Made by a program: the position numbers and the translations under genes. Positions 27,688 to 36,839 of a stretch of DNA of 64,000 nt are shown here, one piece after another (the stretch's first letter is position 1; every line of letters starts with the position of its first letter). Source of the DNA: a virus (taxonomy: Duplodnaviria > Caudoviricetes); the IMG/VR virus record IMGVR_UViG_3300020576_002361, positions 14,976 through 78,975 of that record. One strand, given 5' to 3'. A model generated the notes under the pieces. The model was not told the origin of the DNA and searched no databases. It saw only the letters and a list, made by a program, of their open reading frames with translations.

Positions 27688-28523
27688 ATATTTACTCTTT
27701 TTTCTATATTTTCACACACACCAGTCAAACTAAAATATGCATCGTAGTGTTTTTTTATATTGTGTCTTATAGTATTTTTTCTTTCTTGTGAGACAGAACG
27801 AAGTATTTCATCTATATTATCAATTTCTGTATCCTTTACTATTATACAATAGTCATCCCAATTTAACTCATCACTCCAGGGAAGATAATGAGAATCGCTT
27901 ATATAAACAGGAATAGATCCCAGTTGCATACTTTCATAAAGCCTGCAACTGCTTCTACCATATCCTCTTGGGCACAAACAAAATTCACTTCTCTCTGTAA
28001 TATCCTTAAATAATTCAAAACGTTCAGCCGGTACAGAAGCTTTCCAAGAGTCTATATTTAAACTATATTCCGGATTATCTTTTAATAAAGAACACATCTT
28101 GTTTCGTATTTCGTGAGTAGACGACCCCACAAAAGAACAGAAAATATCTCTTTTTTTAGAGAGATTTGGGTTTTTTATCTTCGAACATATAGACGGCAAA
28201 GGAATCAAAGGTTTGTCATAGAAATGACCACCAGAAGAGAATATGATAGTATCCTTGGGCAATCTCTCCCGAGGGGCATCATCATGCTGGCAAACTGTGA
28301 AATATTTTCCGTTGGGATCTAATCTATTCAATATATTTTGAATATTAATCTGATGTTGATCACAATATAAAGTAGTCCAAAATATAGGCAAATAGGTACG
28401 ATTGAAAGACTTGCCTTTTGACCATTCATAGAAATAGTCCTCTAAATACAATCCTTCGTGATAAGGAGGGTATGTTGGATATTTCGGTGATGGACGTAAC
28501 ACATCAGGTATCATATAAACCAA
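27684..28523 (-). CDS. Exostosin-like (GT47) glycosyltransferase
   Basis: SEFCLCPRGYG..S.RLYESMQLGSIPVYISD...LPW. Confidence 0.85.
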   Translation of the reverse strand: MVYMIPDVLRPSPKYPTYPPYHEGLYLEDYFYEWSKGKSFNRTYLPIFWTTLYCDQHQINIQNILNRLDPNGKYFTVCQHDDAPRERLPKDTIIFSSGGHFYDKPLIPLPSICSKIKNPNLSKKRDIFCSFVGSSTHEIRNKMCSLLKDNPEYSLNIDSWKASVPAERFELFKDITERSEFCLCPRGYGRSSCRLYESMQLGSIPVYISDSHYLPWSDELNWDDYCIIVKDTEIDNIDEILRSVSQERKNTIRHNIKKHYDAYFSLTGVCENIEKRVNI

Positions 28524-29191
28524 TTCCCATACTGCTTAAACATAGCGATTTTGTTTTCCAACCCAATCATATGATTATTGTGTATGATATGGGTGTTCTC
28601 TTTATTTATCTCAGTCTTATAAAAGACATGACCATTCGGATATTTTTCTATAGGCAATAGTTGTATTTTTTCAGATAAATTCAAATCAGATACCATCTTA
28701 TTAAAGATTATCTGATCGTCCATATGATTATTGGCGCAAGAATTTATAATCGAGGTGCTTTCATCTGATTTTGAAAAATACATAAATCCAGTGCAATATA
28801 GAGATCCTGGTCTATCACACTGGATGCATATCTTCTTTCCATACGAAAGAAGATCAGCTTCAACATTTTTCTTATATACTATATCTGTATCAGTAAAAAC
28901 AAACTCACCTTGTTCTTGATAAAACTTACGTATGATTTTCCATTTCCAGCTCACGATCTTAGAGAAAGAAGAAGATTCGTCGAAAGACCACGTTTGATAG
29001 CCCTGAAGATCTTCTGATAACTTCTTCCACGTATATACATTACACCCTGTATCAGTTAGACGAGAATAACTATCATCATCAAAGCAATGGATATAAATCT
29101 GCGAGGCATCTACACCCGTTTTACACAAACTATGAATCATGTTTTTACATAAGTCAACGCATCCACTGTTGGTGTATGTCAAGTATTTCAT
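28511..29191 (-). CDS. Nucleotide-diphospho-sugar transferase (GT77-like)
   Basis: FTDTDIV (DxD), CTGFMY, DDQIIFN, HNNH...K. Confidence 0.8.
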   Translation of the reverse strand: MKYLTYTNSGCVDLCKNMIHSLCKTGVDASQIYIHCFDDDSYSRLTDTGCNVYTWKKLSEDLQGYQTWSFDESSSFSKIVSWKWKIIRKFYQEQGEFVFTDTDIVYKKNVEADLLSYGKKICIQCDRPGSLYCTGFMYFSKSDESTSIINSCANNHMDDQIIFNKMVSDLNLSEKIQLLPIEKYPNGHVFYKTEINKENTHIIHNNHMIGLENKIAMFKQYGNWFI

Positions 29192-30015
29192 CTAGTTCTC
29201 TTTATTAACTCAAAGAGGCTATCGTCTGCCATCTTAAGAGTGTTTACATGTTCTAAGTTATTCATTATAGCTTGCATTTTACTAAAGTAAAGATCCGATG
29301 TCAAAGAATTGATATCAAATTTATCATCAAGAAAGATGATGCCGTTTTCATCAAAATCCTCAACAATTCTATCAGTACCCCAATAAATAGGGATTGTGCC
29401 AGTTGCGAAACAATCAGTAATCTTCTCTGTATAATACTTGTCAACCTTGCAGTTTTCTATGACTATAGAAAACATATAAGGAAGCATACCCTGTGACTTA
29501 TCTGGGTGAATACCCTCACCTAACTTTTGACTATCTAGAGTACCACCAAACAAATCAATTTTTCCTTGATACTTTTCTGCTATTTCGTTTCTTAAGAAAT
29601 GCCCAGGAGCATATCTCTTTCTAGAAGCAAACATGGAGCATAACTTTTCTTTAACCGGAATCTCTCGTTTTTTTATCCAAGGTAGATTAGATCCAGCTGG
29701 GCAATATATGAAATTGGGTTCTAGACCAACTAATTCATCTATACATGTATATAAAGCAGAATATGAATAGGAAATAAGTTTTCTATTGACCTTTATGTAC
29801 TGTACGAGATTTCCCAATAAAGCAGGAGATTCTACTAACCACGCATACTTTTTTTGATTTAACTTAATTCCATGAGGTATGTAGTTATCGCATACCACAA
29901 CCGGATCCTCTACAGTAGAATATGCCCGCCAATTAAATAAGGACGGGCATATTGTAGAGCAACTGCTATACGAAACATCAAAAGGTGGATTATATATTTG
30001 TAGGGTTTCTGTCAT
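29188..30015 (-). CDS. GT10-like glycosyltransferase
   Basis: YMFSIVIEN..YYTEKITDCFATGTIPIYWG. Confidence 0.8.
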   Translation of the reverse strand: MTETLQIYNPPFDVSYSSCSTICPSLFNWRAYSTVEDPVVVCDNYIPHGIKLNQKKYAWLVESPALLGNLVQYIKVNRKLISYSYSALYTCIDELVGLEPNFIYCPAGSNLPWIKKREIPVKEKLCSMFASRKRYAPGHFLRNEIAEKYQGKIDLFGGTLDSQKLGEGIHPDKSQGMLPYMFSIVIENCKVDKYYTEKITDCFATGTIPIYWGTDRIVEDFDENGIIFLDDKFDINSLTSDLYFSKMQAIMNNLEHVNTLKMADDSLFELIKRTR

Positions 30016-30634
30016 ATATTTTCAATGATTTATTTGTCAAATCTTCCCATTTATTTTCGCTTTGTTTACTATTTGATTGATAGAAATAGGGTCTTATAGG
30101 AGTCAATACGTTATAAGAAGACAGCAAATTAGACATTGCTATATCAAACGGAGCCAACTTATCTATTAAGCATTCCTTAGAAGCTGTCATGGCTGCTGAA
30201 AGAAATGTTGGAGAAATGTAGATAATAGCATGAGCTGCCAGTACATTAAATATTCTGGCATAATTTTGATTTATCTTTATACCAAACGGATTGCCTGCTG
30301 TAGATACACCAAGATAAACTGCGTCTGTATTATCTGGAATATCAAGTATTGGATTAAAATGTGGAGTAATATCCACATCATCTTCTAATATAAGAGAAGG
30401 CAGAGAAGGCTGACATTGCCTCATTGCATTGAGCTGAGCCAATCCAACCCCCATATAATGATTAATGGATTGATGATAGGCTTTGCCCTCAAAACCAGCA
30501 ACTCGTATACCAGGAGTTCTCTGGTGGTTAATAAATCCATGGCTAGATAGCAAACTATTCATCGATCTATGATTTTCTGTATGCTCTATAAGATTTATCC
30601 AAAAAGTCGGTATTTTTCTTATATCAATAATCAT
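29990..30634 (-). CDS. GT25-like glycosyltransferase
   Basis: FWINL, LILEDD, AVYLG, LAAHAIIY. Confidence 0.7.
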   Translation of the reverse strand: MIIDIRKIPTFWINLIEHTENHRSMNSLLSSHGFINHQRTPGIRVAGFEGKAYHQSINHYMGVGLAQLNAMRQCQPSLPSLILEDDVDITPHFNPILDIPDNTDAVYLGVSTAGNPFGIKINQNYARIFNVLAAHAIIYISPTFLSAAMTASKECLIDKLAPFDIAMSNLLSSYNVLTPIRPYFYQSNSKQSENKWEDLTNKSLKIYDRNPTNI

Positions 30635-30637
30635 AAT

Positions 30638-31666
30638 TTATGCATCCGTATCGCTTGCGTATCTAAACTCTTTGGCTGCGGCTTTGTCAATCAACTCCAA
30701 AATATCAGCAGTGAAGTACTTTTCTGGTTCTTCGTTGATTTGCTTCTCAAAAACCTTGGTTCCATCAGCCATTTCATATCTGGTACTAACTTTCTTAAAG
30801 ATACCATGCTTTTCAGCTAACTCAAGAAGACCGTAGTATCTGTTCAGACCAGAATCGTAGCGAAGAAGCAAATCTACTTGGCTATTCTCCTTGGTCTGTC
30901 TACCTTTATTTATTTTGGCATGAATGACATTTCCTACTACCTCATCTCCATCCTTCTCTTTTCTCTTGGATAGGAACACGATGGTAGAAGCAGCATACTG
31001 GATTCCCGTTCCTCCGCTGGCTACCTTTGGCGCATAGGCACTCAAGGAATTATAGGTATGATTAGTTAATAGCAATGGAACTCCAGCCTTGCCCAGCTTC
31101 AGTGTAAGCACACGGAAAACAGACTTGATAACTCTGGCTCTTGTCATGTCCGCAGTATCTTTACCTTCTGCGGTATCAGCCATTTCTTTGCTTGTAGACA
31201 ACATACCAAGAGAATCCAGAACAAGAAGCAAAGGCTTTTGTTCTCTTTCGTCGGGGGGCATTTTTAAGTATTCGTCTACTACTTTTACACACTGATTTCT
31301 GAACTCTTCTACGGTGGTAACTCCAACCATAGCCATTCTGGATGTATCTATCTTTCTATTGCGAATCATATCACTTGTTATGGCTGATTCAGTCTCGAAA
31401 TATACACACTCTCCATGAGGATGTTGATCCAAAAATGTCTTGACTATACCAAGCGAGAGATAAGTTTTTCCTACCCCGCTGTCACCGGCTAGTGCTATTA
31501 CTTTATTATTTGCGATACCTTTATAGATAGACCCAGACAACAAAGCATTCAGAGCATAACAACCTGTATCTAGATACCCAGTGATATCGTTAGCCTCAAT
31601 ACCATCCTCTACTATACCAGAATATTCATTACCGGTTATTTTCTTTATGTTTTTAATAAAACTCAT
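30638..31666 (-). CDS. uvsX: RecA-like recombinase UvsX
   Basis: DTGCYALNALLSG, GDSGVGKT, LDSLGMLST, DMTRA, GGTGIQYAAS. Confidence 0.96.
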   Translation of the reverse strand: MSFIKNIKKITGNEYSGIVEDGIEANDITGYLDTGCYALNALLSGSIYKGIANNKVIALAGDSGVGKTYLSLGIVKTFLDQHPHGECVYFETESAITSDMIRNRKIDTSRMAMVGVTTVEEFRNQCVKVVDEYLKMPPDEREQKPLLLVLDSLGMLSTSKEMADTAEGKDTADMTRARVIKSVFRVLTLKLGKAGVPLLLTNHTYNSLSAYAPKVASGGTGIQYAASTIVFLSKRKEKDGDEVVGNVIHAKINKGRQTKENSQVDLLLRYDSGLNRYYGLLELAEKHGIFKKVSTRYEMADGTKVFEKQINEEPEKYFTADILELIDKAAAKEFRYASDTDA

Positions 31667-31668
31667 GT

Positions 31669-32475
31669 TTATTCCTGTATTTTGTTTATTACACTATTAC
31701 ATTCTTCATTTATTCTTTGCTTGGCTAATTCTATATATTGTTCTGCTATGTCTCCGCCTACGAAATTTCTATTTAGTTTTTTAGACATAACAGCAGTAGT
31801 TCCAGATCCAAGAAAAGGATCAAATATAATATCATCTGGCTTGCTGAAACATTCTATTAAATCCCCACACAATTTATCTGGATATGGTGCAGGATGCAAA
31901 TTCTTTGTTTTATTGGATTCACTAGAACTTCCCGAATATTCCCATACTGTTCCAGGACATTTTGTATCTGCCTGAACTTTTTCTTCAATCTTGGTCATTG
32001 TACCATCAGTCATGCGCTGAGTGCCATGCCACTTAACTCCTGCATGTTTGGCTGGTATTTTAAGATGCTCTTTGGTGAACGTATTCGGTCTATCACCCTT
32101 CAAGAATAACAGGATATATTCATGGTCTACCCTAAATCGTCTACTCCACCATGCTCCAGGCTTGCCTGGTCTATTATAAATACAGCATTCAAATAACTTC
32201 CATCCAGAATCAACCCAAGAACATATAGTACGGTGTGTTGTTATAGATTTTCCATATTCTTTTGTGCCATCTTGAATAACCATGGCGCAAATACCTCCGT
32301 CTTTAGTTATTCTTAATAATTCTACTCCTAAAGAGTCCAGAGAAAGAGTACCTTTGGAGGTATAATCTCTTATTTGATCGTAAGGAGGAGAGGTAACAGT
32401 TAAATCTATATGATTTTCTGGTAAAGATTTACATAATTCTATGCAATCTATAACCTGAATGTTCGAATAAATCAT
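31669..32475 (-). CDS. DNA methyltransferase (N4-C/N6-A, beta class)
   Basis: TSPPY...HPAPYP...FDPFLGSGTT. Confidence 0.92.
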   Translation of the reverse strand: MIYSNIQVIDCIELCKSLPENHIDLTVTSPPYDQIRDYTSKGTLSLDSLGVELLRITKDGGICAMVIQDGTKEYGKSITTHRTICSWVDSGWKLFECCIYNRPGKPGAWWSRRFRVDHEYILLFLKGDRPNTFTKEHLKIPAKHAGVKWHGTQRMTDGTMTKIEEKVQADTKCPGTVWEYSGSSSESNKTKNLHPAPYPDKLCGDLIECFSKPDDIIFDPFLGSGTTAVMSKKLNRNFVGGDIAEQYIELAKQRINEECNSVINKIQE

Positions 32476-32523
32476 CTATACATTCCTAATTTTTGTGATT
32501 CTTTAATTAGATTATTCAAATTC

Positions 32524-32922
32524 TTATTTCTTTGTTCGTTCTTTGCGTTTCTTTTTAGTCTCGCTCGGTTTTTCCGGTGCTTTCTCGCTATGTTCACTTG
32601 TTTTGAGTTTGGCATTTGAATCATCCTTTAGTGTTTGCTTGTATCTATCATTATCGAAAACAAGCATATCATGAACAACCTTTAACGTTTCCCTTAATCT
32701 TTCTATCCCCCATTTCAGCCCTTCTTTTTCTGTTTTGTATTTCTCAGAAAATTCTAATGAGGTTCCCTCTATTAGTCTGGGCGCAATAGCTGCCATATAC
32801 ATGCTACCGGTTTTCTCTACAAACCCATATACTATAGATCTATAATAGTTAGTAGCATCGCCATACCAAAAATACAGCGTTCCTTTTATTCTTTCCATAT
32901 GAAATCTATTGTCATTTTTCAT
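32524..32922 (-). CDS. Hypothetical protein
   Basis: 132-aa ORF in the operon. Confidence 0.7.
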   Translation of the reverse strand: MKNDNRFHMERIKGTLYFWYGDATNYYRSIVYGFVEKTGSMYMAAIAPRLIEGTSLEFSEKYKTEKEGLKWGIERLRETLKVVHDMLVFDNDRYKQTLKDDSNAKLKTSEHSEKAPEKPSETKKKRKERTKK

Positions 32923-33287
32923 TCAATGTTTTCTATTATCTCTAACCTTCCCTGATCGTGGTCTTTTATATATGTCATCATTTCATCATATAGAAGGTAA
33001 GTGTCAGAATATTTTTCATGAGCAACGTCTATGTCCAACCCATAAGCTGCTATTACTTTACACATTTTCTTCAAGGCTTCTTCTATAGTAGGATGAGCTT
33101 GTGTTAAAATTGGATTCTCGTCACGAAATCCACAATCGTACACACCTTCCTGCATGGTATTATGAAAATACACAGCATGATGCTCAGCAGATCTACTGGT
33201 ATACAAAACTATTCCAGATGTTTTCTTTAGCTCTGGATAAGATCTTTTCAACTCGGACTTCTTTTTCTTTACAACACTTTTCCGCAT
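32919..33287 (-). CDS. Hypothetical protein
   Basis: 122-aa ORF with ATGA overlap. Confidence 0.7.
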   Translation of the reverse strand: MRKSVVKKKKSELKRSYPELKKTSGIVLYTSRSAEHHAVYFHNTMQEGVYDCGFRDENPILTQAHPTIEEALKKMCKVIAAYGLDIDVAHEKYSDTYLLYDEMMTYIKDHDQGRLEIIENIE

Positions 33288-33460
33288 ATGTTACACTCCG
33301 TAGAACCATCTGGATAGACGTGTTTATCTTCGTGAGTACATTTTTCGCGCAAAGCTTCAAGCTGCTGCCTGATATTCTTCATATTCTTAGAATAGGTAGC
33401 TAGCTCGCTTACCATCTTATCTTCAAGTATTAAGATTTCCTTTTTCAAATCTATATTCAC
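33269..33460 (-). CDS. Small coiled-coil/zinc-ribbon hypothetical protein
   Basis: C-terminal CTHE...ECNICG. Confidence 0.6.
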   Translation of the reverse strand: MNIDLKKEILILEDKMVSELATYSKNMKNIRQQLEALREKCTHEDKHVYPDGSTECNICGKVL

Positions 33461-33644
33461 CGTACAACTCCTTATTTGCTATCTTATACTGAAAATCAGC
33501 TTCGATATATTCTTGTTGTAGTCGAGTTCTTTCTTCGTTCGATTTATTCAGTTGCTCTAAAATTTTAGCTCTATTTTCCTCAGCACGAAGATGACGTTCT
33601 ATTTTAGCAATCTCGTCCAAGTTTTCTGGTAATCTAAAGTTCAT
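33423..33644 (-). CDS. Small coiled-coil hypothetical protein
   Basis: 73-aa ORF in the operon. Confidence 0.6.
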   Translation of the reverse strand: MNFRLPENLDEIAKIERHLRAEENRAKILEQLNKSNEERTRLQQEYIEADFQYKIANKELYGEYRFEKGNLNT

Positions 33645-33979
33645 TACTCGCCCCTATCATCCCCTATTTGTTCTAACCAACATTCTCTCAAGGCTTTGTG
33701 GTCTTTCTTTCCTTTCTTCATGTTTTTAAGCTTTTCTATGATTTCATTCGCATGATCTATTGTTAACTGAGGAAAGGTAATATTATAGCGTTTCTGTACT
33801 AGTTTAAACTTAGTATTCATAGTCCTTGCGTCATATCCATAAACAGGTTTGTATTCTTTATTCCAATTTATATACTCTAACATTTCGCTTATGAATTTTG
33901 TAGCAGTAGTTTGACTTTTGTTTAGTGCTGTTTCAGATACTCTTATTATTAGTTTACATTGTGTTTGTGTATTATTCAT
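33644..33979 (-). CDS. Hypothetical early protein
   Basis: First ORF after the promoter at 33999-34026. Confidence 0.7.
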   Translation of the reverse strand: MNNTQTQCKLIIRVSETALNKSQTTATKFISEMLEYINWNKEYKPVYGYDARTMNTKFKLVQKRYNITFPQLTIDHANEIIEKLKNMKKGKKDHKALRECWLEQIGDDRGE

Positions 33980-33998
33980 TTTATTGGTTTCCTAATAT

Positions 33999-34026
33999 AT
34001 TATAGCATAACTATTTCTAAAGTCAA
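33999..34026 (-). promoter_or_regulatory. Sigma70-like promoter TTGACT-N16-TATAAT
   Basis: + strand ATTATA 33999-34004, AGTCAA 34021-34026. Confidence 0.8.
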
Positions 34027-34051
34027 ATGACGATTCCTTCTCCTGATGAAA

Positions 34052-35647
34052 TTATGGCTTTTGAAACACAAATATAGGCTCGTATTTATGGTATTTTCCG
34101 TTTACTTTGCAATAATTTTTACATTTTGGTATACCATTAGAATCCAATCTTTGACTCCCGGGCATGGATGCTAAGGTCATCTTTAATGTTTCTCGGTATT
34201 TCATACCAAGAGAAAGCAAATAAGACTTAGAATCCTCTTCTAGTGGCATATAAACACCATCAACCAAAATATCAGCAATATTCCACGCAATGTATCCACC
34301 AGATTTCAACCAATTATAGCAAGTAAGTAGGGTTGGACGTAAAAACCCATCCCTCCACGATTCATACGAAGAACCGTATTTAACGCCGGCTTGGTTTGGA
34401 TCTTTAGAATAAAGTTCCCTTTGCCAATAAGGCGGGGAGGTAAATATTAAATCAACTTTACCCTTATATTGCTGGAATCTAGGATGTTTATGTATTTCTT
34501 CTGATCCCTCTTGGTAAATATCGTAAGTATTCTGTTGCCCAAATATAGGATTGTTTCTATACGTGTGCGTATTTACAAAATCGGCTACGTGTTGATATTT
34601 GGATTTACCATCTGTATGAATGTTATCTGGGTTTGGATCTGTTCCAACGTAGTGAATCTTGCGGTCTGTCGCAACAGTCATAGCCCCTAATATTCTTCCA
34701 GCCCAACCAGACGAGGGATCATAAACGATAATAGGGTCTACTTTATCCACAAGATGATCAGTGTATTTCTCATAGATATACTTAGCAGTCAAAGGTGGAA
34801 AGTTAATAGGCACAGAAATGTATCCTATTCGATAAGCCGTAAATGCTTTCGGATAAAGCTTCTGACCTTTTTCAAAAAGTCTAATAAGATAGATATGCCC
34901 ATCTTTTAGCTGGTTTATCGTAATATTAGCTAAGTTGATATGACTAAATCCATACTTCCCATGGACTTCTAATAACTCTTCTTTAGTTAGAGCCAAAAAA
35001 TCACTTTGTTTTACTTGATAATACCCAGTAGACACTTCAGTATTCACTTCGGATTCTTGAATCCAGAAGTCGTAATCTTGAAAAATCGTGTCTTTGTGTG
35101 TATAATATTCATGTATCCACTCGACACCACTATCAACATCTACTAAAGCTGACTTTACATCATGCTTCTTTATACACAAACTGTAATGGTAGAACGAATC
35201 TCTTCGGAAGTGCCTACGACTTCTCTTTAGCATAGAAGGCAAATACTTGTCGTTAGCAAACATGTCATAAACAGAGTATCCATTAGTACTCATACCATAA
35301 CACATAGCTACCTTCATCATATTAGAAAAGAACTGGTCTACCTCTGTTCCAAGATGAAGATTATTAATGATAACTGACCCCTTTTCATTAGGGGTCAGCT
35401 CATCGTCATATTTGAATTTCGATACAGGAGCACTGGTCATATCATTGAAACCAGATACCATCTCTTCAAAAGAACGCCCAGATCTGGCTGGGCATCCGTA
35501 GGTATTCCATGCTTCTAATATTTTGGATCTAGAATGCTTAACCCATTCATCAAATTCGTCTAGTGTCATAGACAGAATTTGATCGAAGGTTACGTTAACA
35601 GTAGGATCTTTGAGTATAGGGTTCTTTTGGTAGTATGGATCACTCAT
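34052..35647 (-). CDS. Large amino-type DNA methyltransferase
   Basis: NFPPLTAKYIY, YDPSSGWAGRILGA, IFTSPPYW.RELY, GYIAWNIAD. Confidence 0.85.
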   Translation of the reverse strand: MSDPYYQKNPILKDPTVNVTFDQILSMTLDEFDEWVKHSRSKILEAWNTYGCPARSGRSFEEMVSGFNDMTSAPVSKFKYDDELTPNEKGSVIINNLHLGTEVDQFFSNMMKVAMCYGMSTNGYSVYDMFANDKYLPSMLKRSRRHFRRDSFYHYSLCIKKHDVKSALVDVDSGVEWIHEYYTHKDTIFQDYDFWIQESEVNTEVSTGYYQVKQSDFLALTKEELLEVHGKYGFSHINLANITINQLKDGHIYLIRLFEKGQKLYPKAFTAYRIGYISVPINFPPLTAKYIYEKYTDHLVDKVDPIIVYDPSSGWAGRILGAMTVATDRKIHYVGTDPNPDNIHTDGKSKYQHVADFVNTHTYRNNPIFGQQNTYDIYQEGSEEIHKHPRFQQYKGKVDLIFTSPPYWQRELYSKDPNQAGVKYGSSYESWRDGFLRPTLLTCYNWLKSGGYIAWNIADILVDGVYMPLEEDSKSYLLSLGMKYRETLKMTLASMPGSQRLDSNGIPKCKNYCKVNGKYHKYEPIFVFQKP

Positions 35648-36284
35648 GCTCTTCTTTCCATTGAGTTATTCTTTCAATACTCATATCAAAAACTTCTTTG
35701 ACTATTTCGGATCCTATATAATCTCTGCCGTTATTTAAACAACCAATAGCAGTAGTTCTTGATCCCATAAAAGGATCGTATATAGTTTGTCCTTGTTTGG
35801 TATAACCCAAGATAAATGGATTAATCACTTCAGTAACGAAGTTATCATTATACTTCTTGTGCTTCTCAAACGGAATAACAAACACATCGGGCAGGGATGG
35901 ATTAATCTTAATAGAAGGATTCTTAAAAAATGTCATTATGTAAGTATAGTTAAATCTATATAAATTTACTTTAGTAGACTTAACCCAAATCTTCTGGGTG
36001 CTGATTCGCCAGCCCATATTTTCCATAATACTATTGACTATAGCATGTTTCTGTATTAAACTACCATTACACTTTCTATCGGACATGAATATAGTCATGT
36101 ATCCGTTAGATGGAGTCAAATTTGTTAGCCGTTTGCTAAGGAAAAACCCATAGTTATCGTCACCAGGTTTCATTCCTATCTCTTCGTAATCGGGAGGAGA
36201 AGTTAGCACATAATCATACTTTATTTCTCTGTTCTGTGTTGTATAGCAATCCTCATTATACATCATATTCTTCGTTCTCCCCAA
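35640..36284 (-). CDS. DNA methyltransferase (N4-C/N6-A type)
   Basis: TSPPDY and YDPFMGSRTT motifs. Confidence 0.8.
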   Translation of the reverse strand: MGRTKNMMYNEDCYTTQNREIKYDYVLTSPPDYEEIGMKPGDDNYGFFLSKRLTNLTPSNGYMTIFMSDRKCNGSLIQKHAIVNSIMENMGWRISTQKIWVKSTKVNLYRFNYTYIMTFFKNPSIKINPSLPDVFVIPFEKHKKYNDNFVTEVINPFILGYTKQGQTIYDPFMGSRTTAIGCLNNGRDYIGSEIVKEVFDMSIERITQWKEEHE

Positions 36285-36810
36285 ACAAGAATGCGTACAT
36301 CAACAAGAATCTAAATTTAGATTTCTCTTGTGTCCATGGATTGATTACTATATCCAAAGGAAGAACCGGATTACTAAAATCAGCAGATCCCCCGGTTATA
36401 AGATTATCTGCCTCAGTAAAGAGTATTCTGTTGTCAACTTCAGACACTATACTAGAATACTTATCAGGAATAGGCATATTAAACTTCTCATATATTACTT
36501 TTTGGCATTTATCTTCATATAATCGATAGTTTCCTAGCTTATACTTCAATGGTCTTGGAACATCCACACAGTATGCTTCGGAAGCATCGTGAAGCAATGC
36601 GTACTTGGCTGCTTCCTTATCATAGGTAGTCTCAAAGACCCACTTAGCACAGAGCGTCGAGTGTTGGGCTACACTATAGAAACTTGTGCATTGTCCAGCA
36701 AATCGACATTGGTTGGATAAGGCGTGTGCGATATCCGCAATATCAATCATATCTGGAGTAGGTTCATCATAATAATATTTCTTGCCGGTAAACGTTTTAA
36801 TAAAACTCAT
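36256..36810 (-). CDS. HD-domain 5'-deoxynucleotidase (YfbR-like)
   Basis: DIAHALSNQCRFAG..YSVAQHS...ALLHDASEAY..D.PRPLK. Confidence 0.88.
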   Translation of the reverse strand: MSFIKTFTGKKYYYDEPTPDMIDIADIAHALSNQCRFAGQCTSFYSVAQHSTLCAKWVFETTYDKEAAKYALLHDASEAYCVDVPRPLKYKLGNYRLYEDKCQKVIYEKFNMPIPDKYSSIVSEVDNRILFTEADNLITGGSADFSNPVLPLDIVINPWTQEKSKFRFLLMYAFLFGENEEYDV

Positions 36811-36839
36811 AGTAAATCATACTCTTTCTTTATCTTAAG

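Noticed and set aside
36256-36810. DatZ / Z-genome (2-aminoadenine) system
   Set aside because: The HD nucleotidase is generic YfbR-like, and no PurZ or MazZ is visible in the window.
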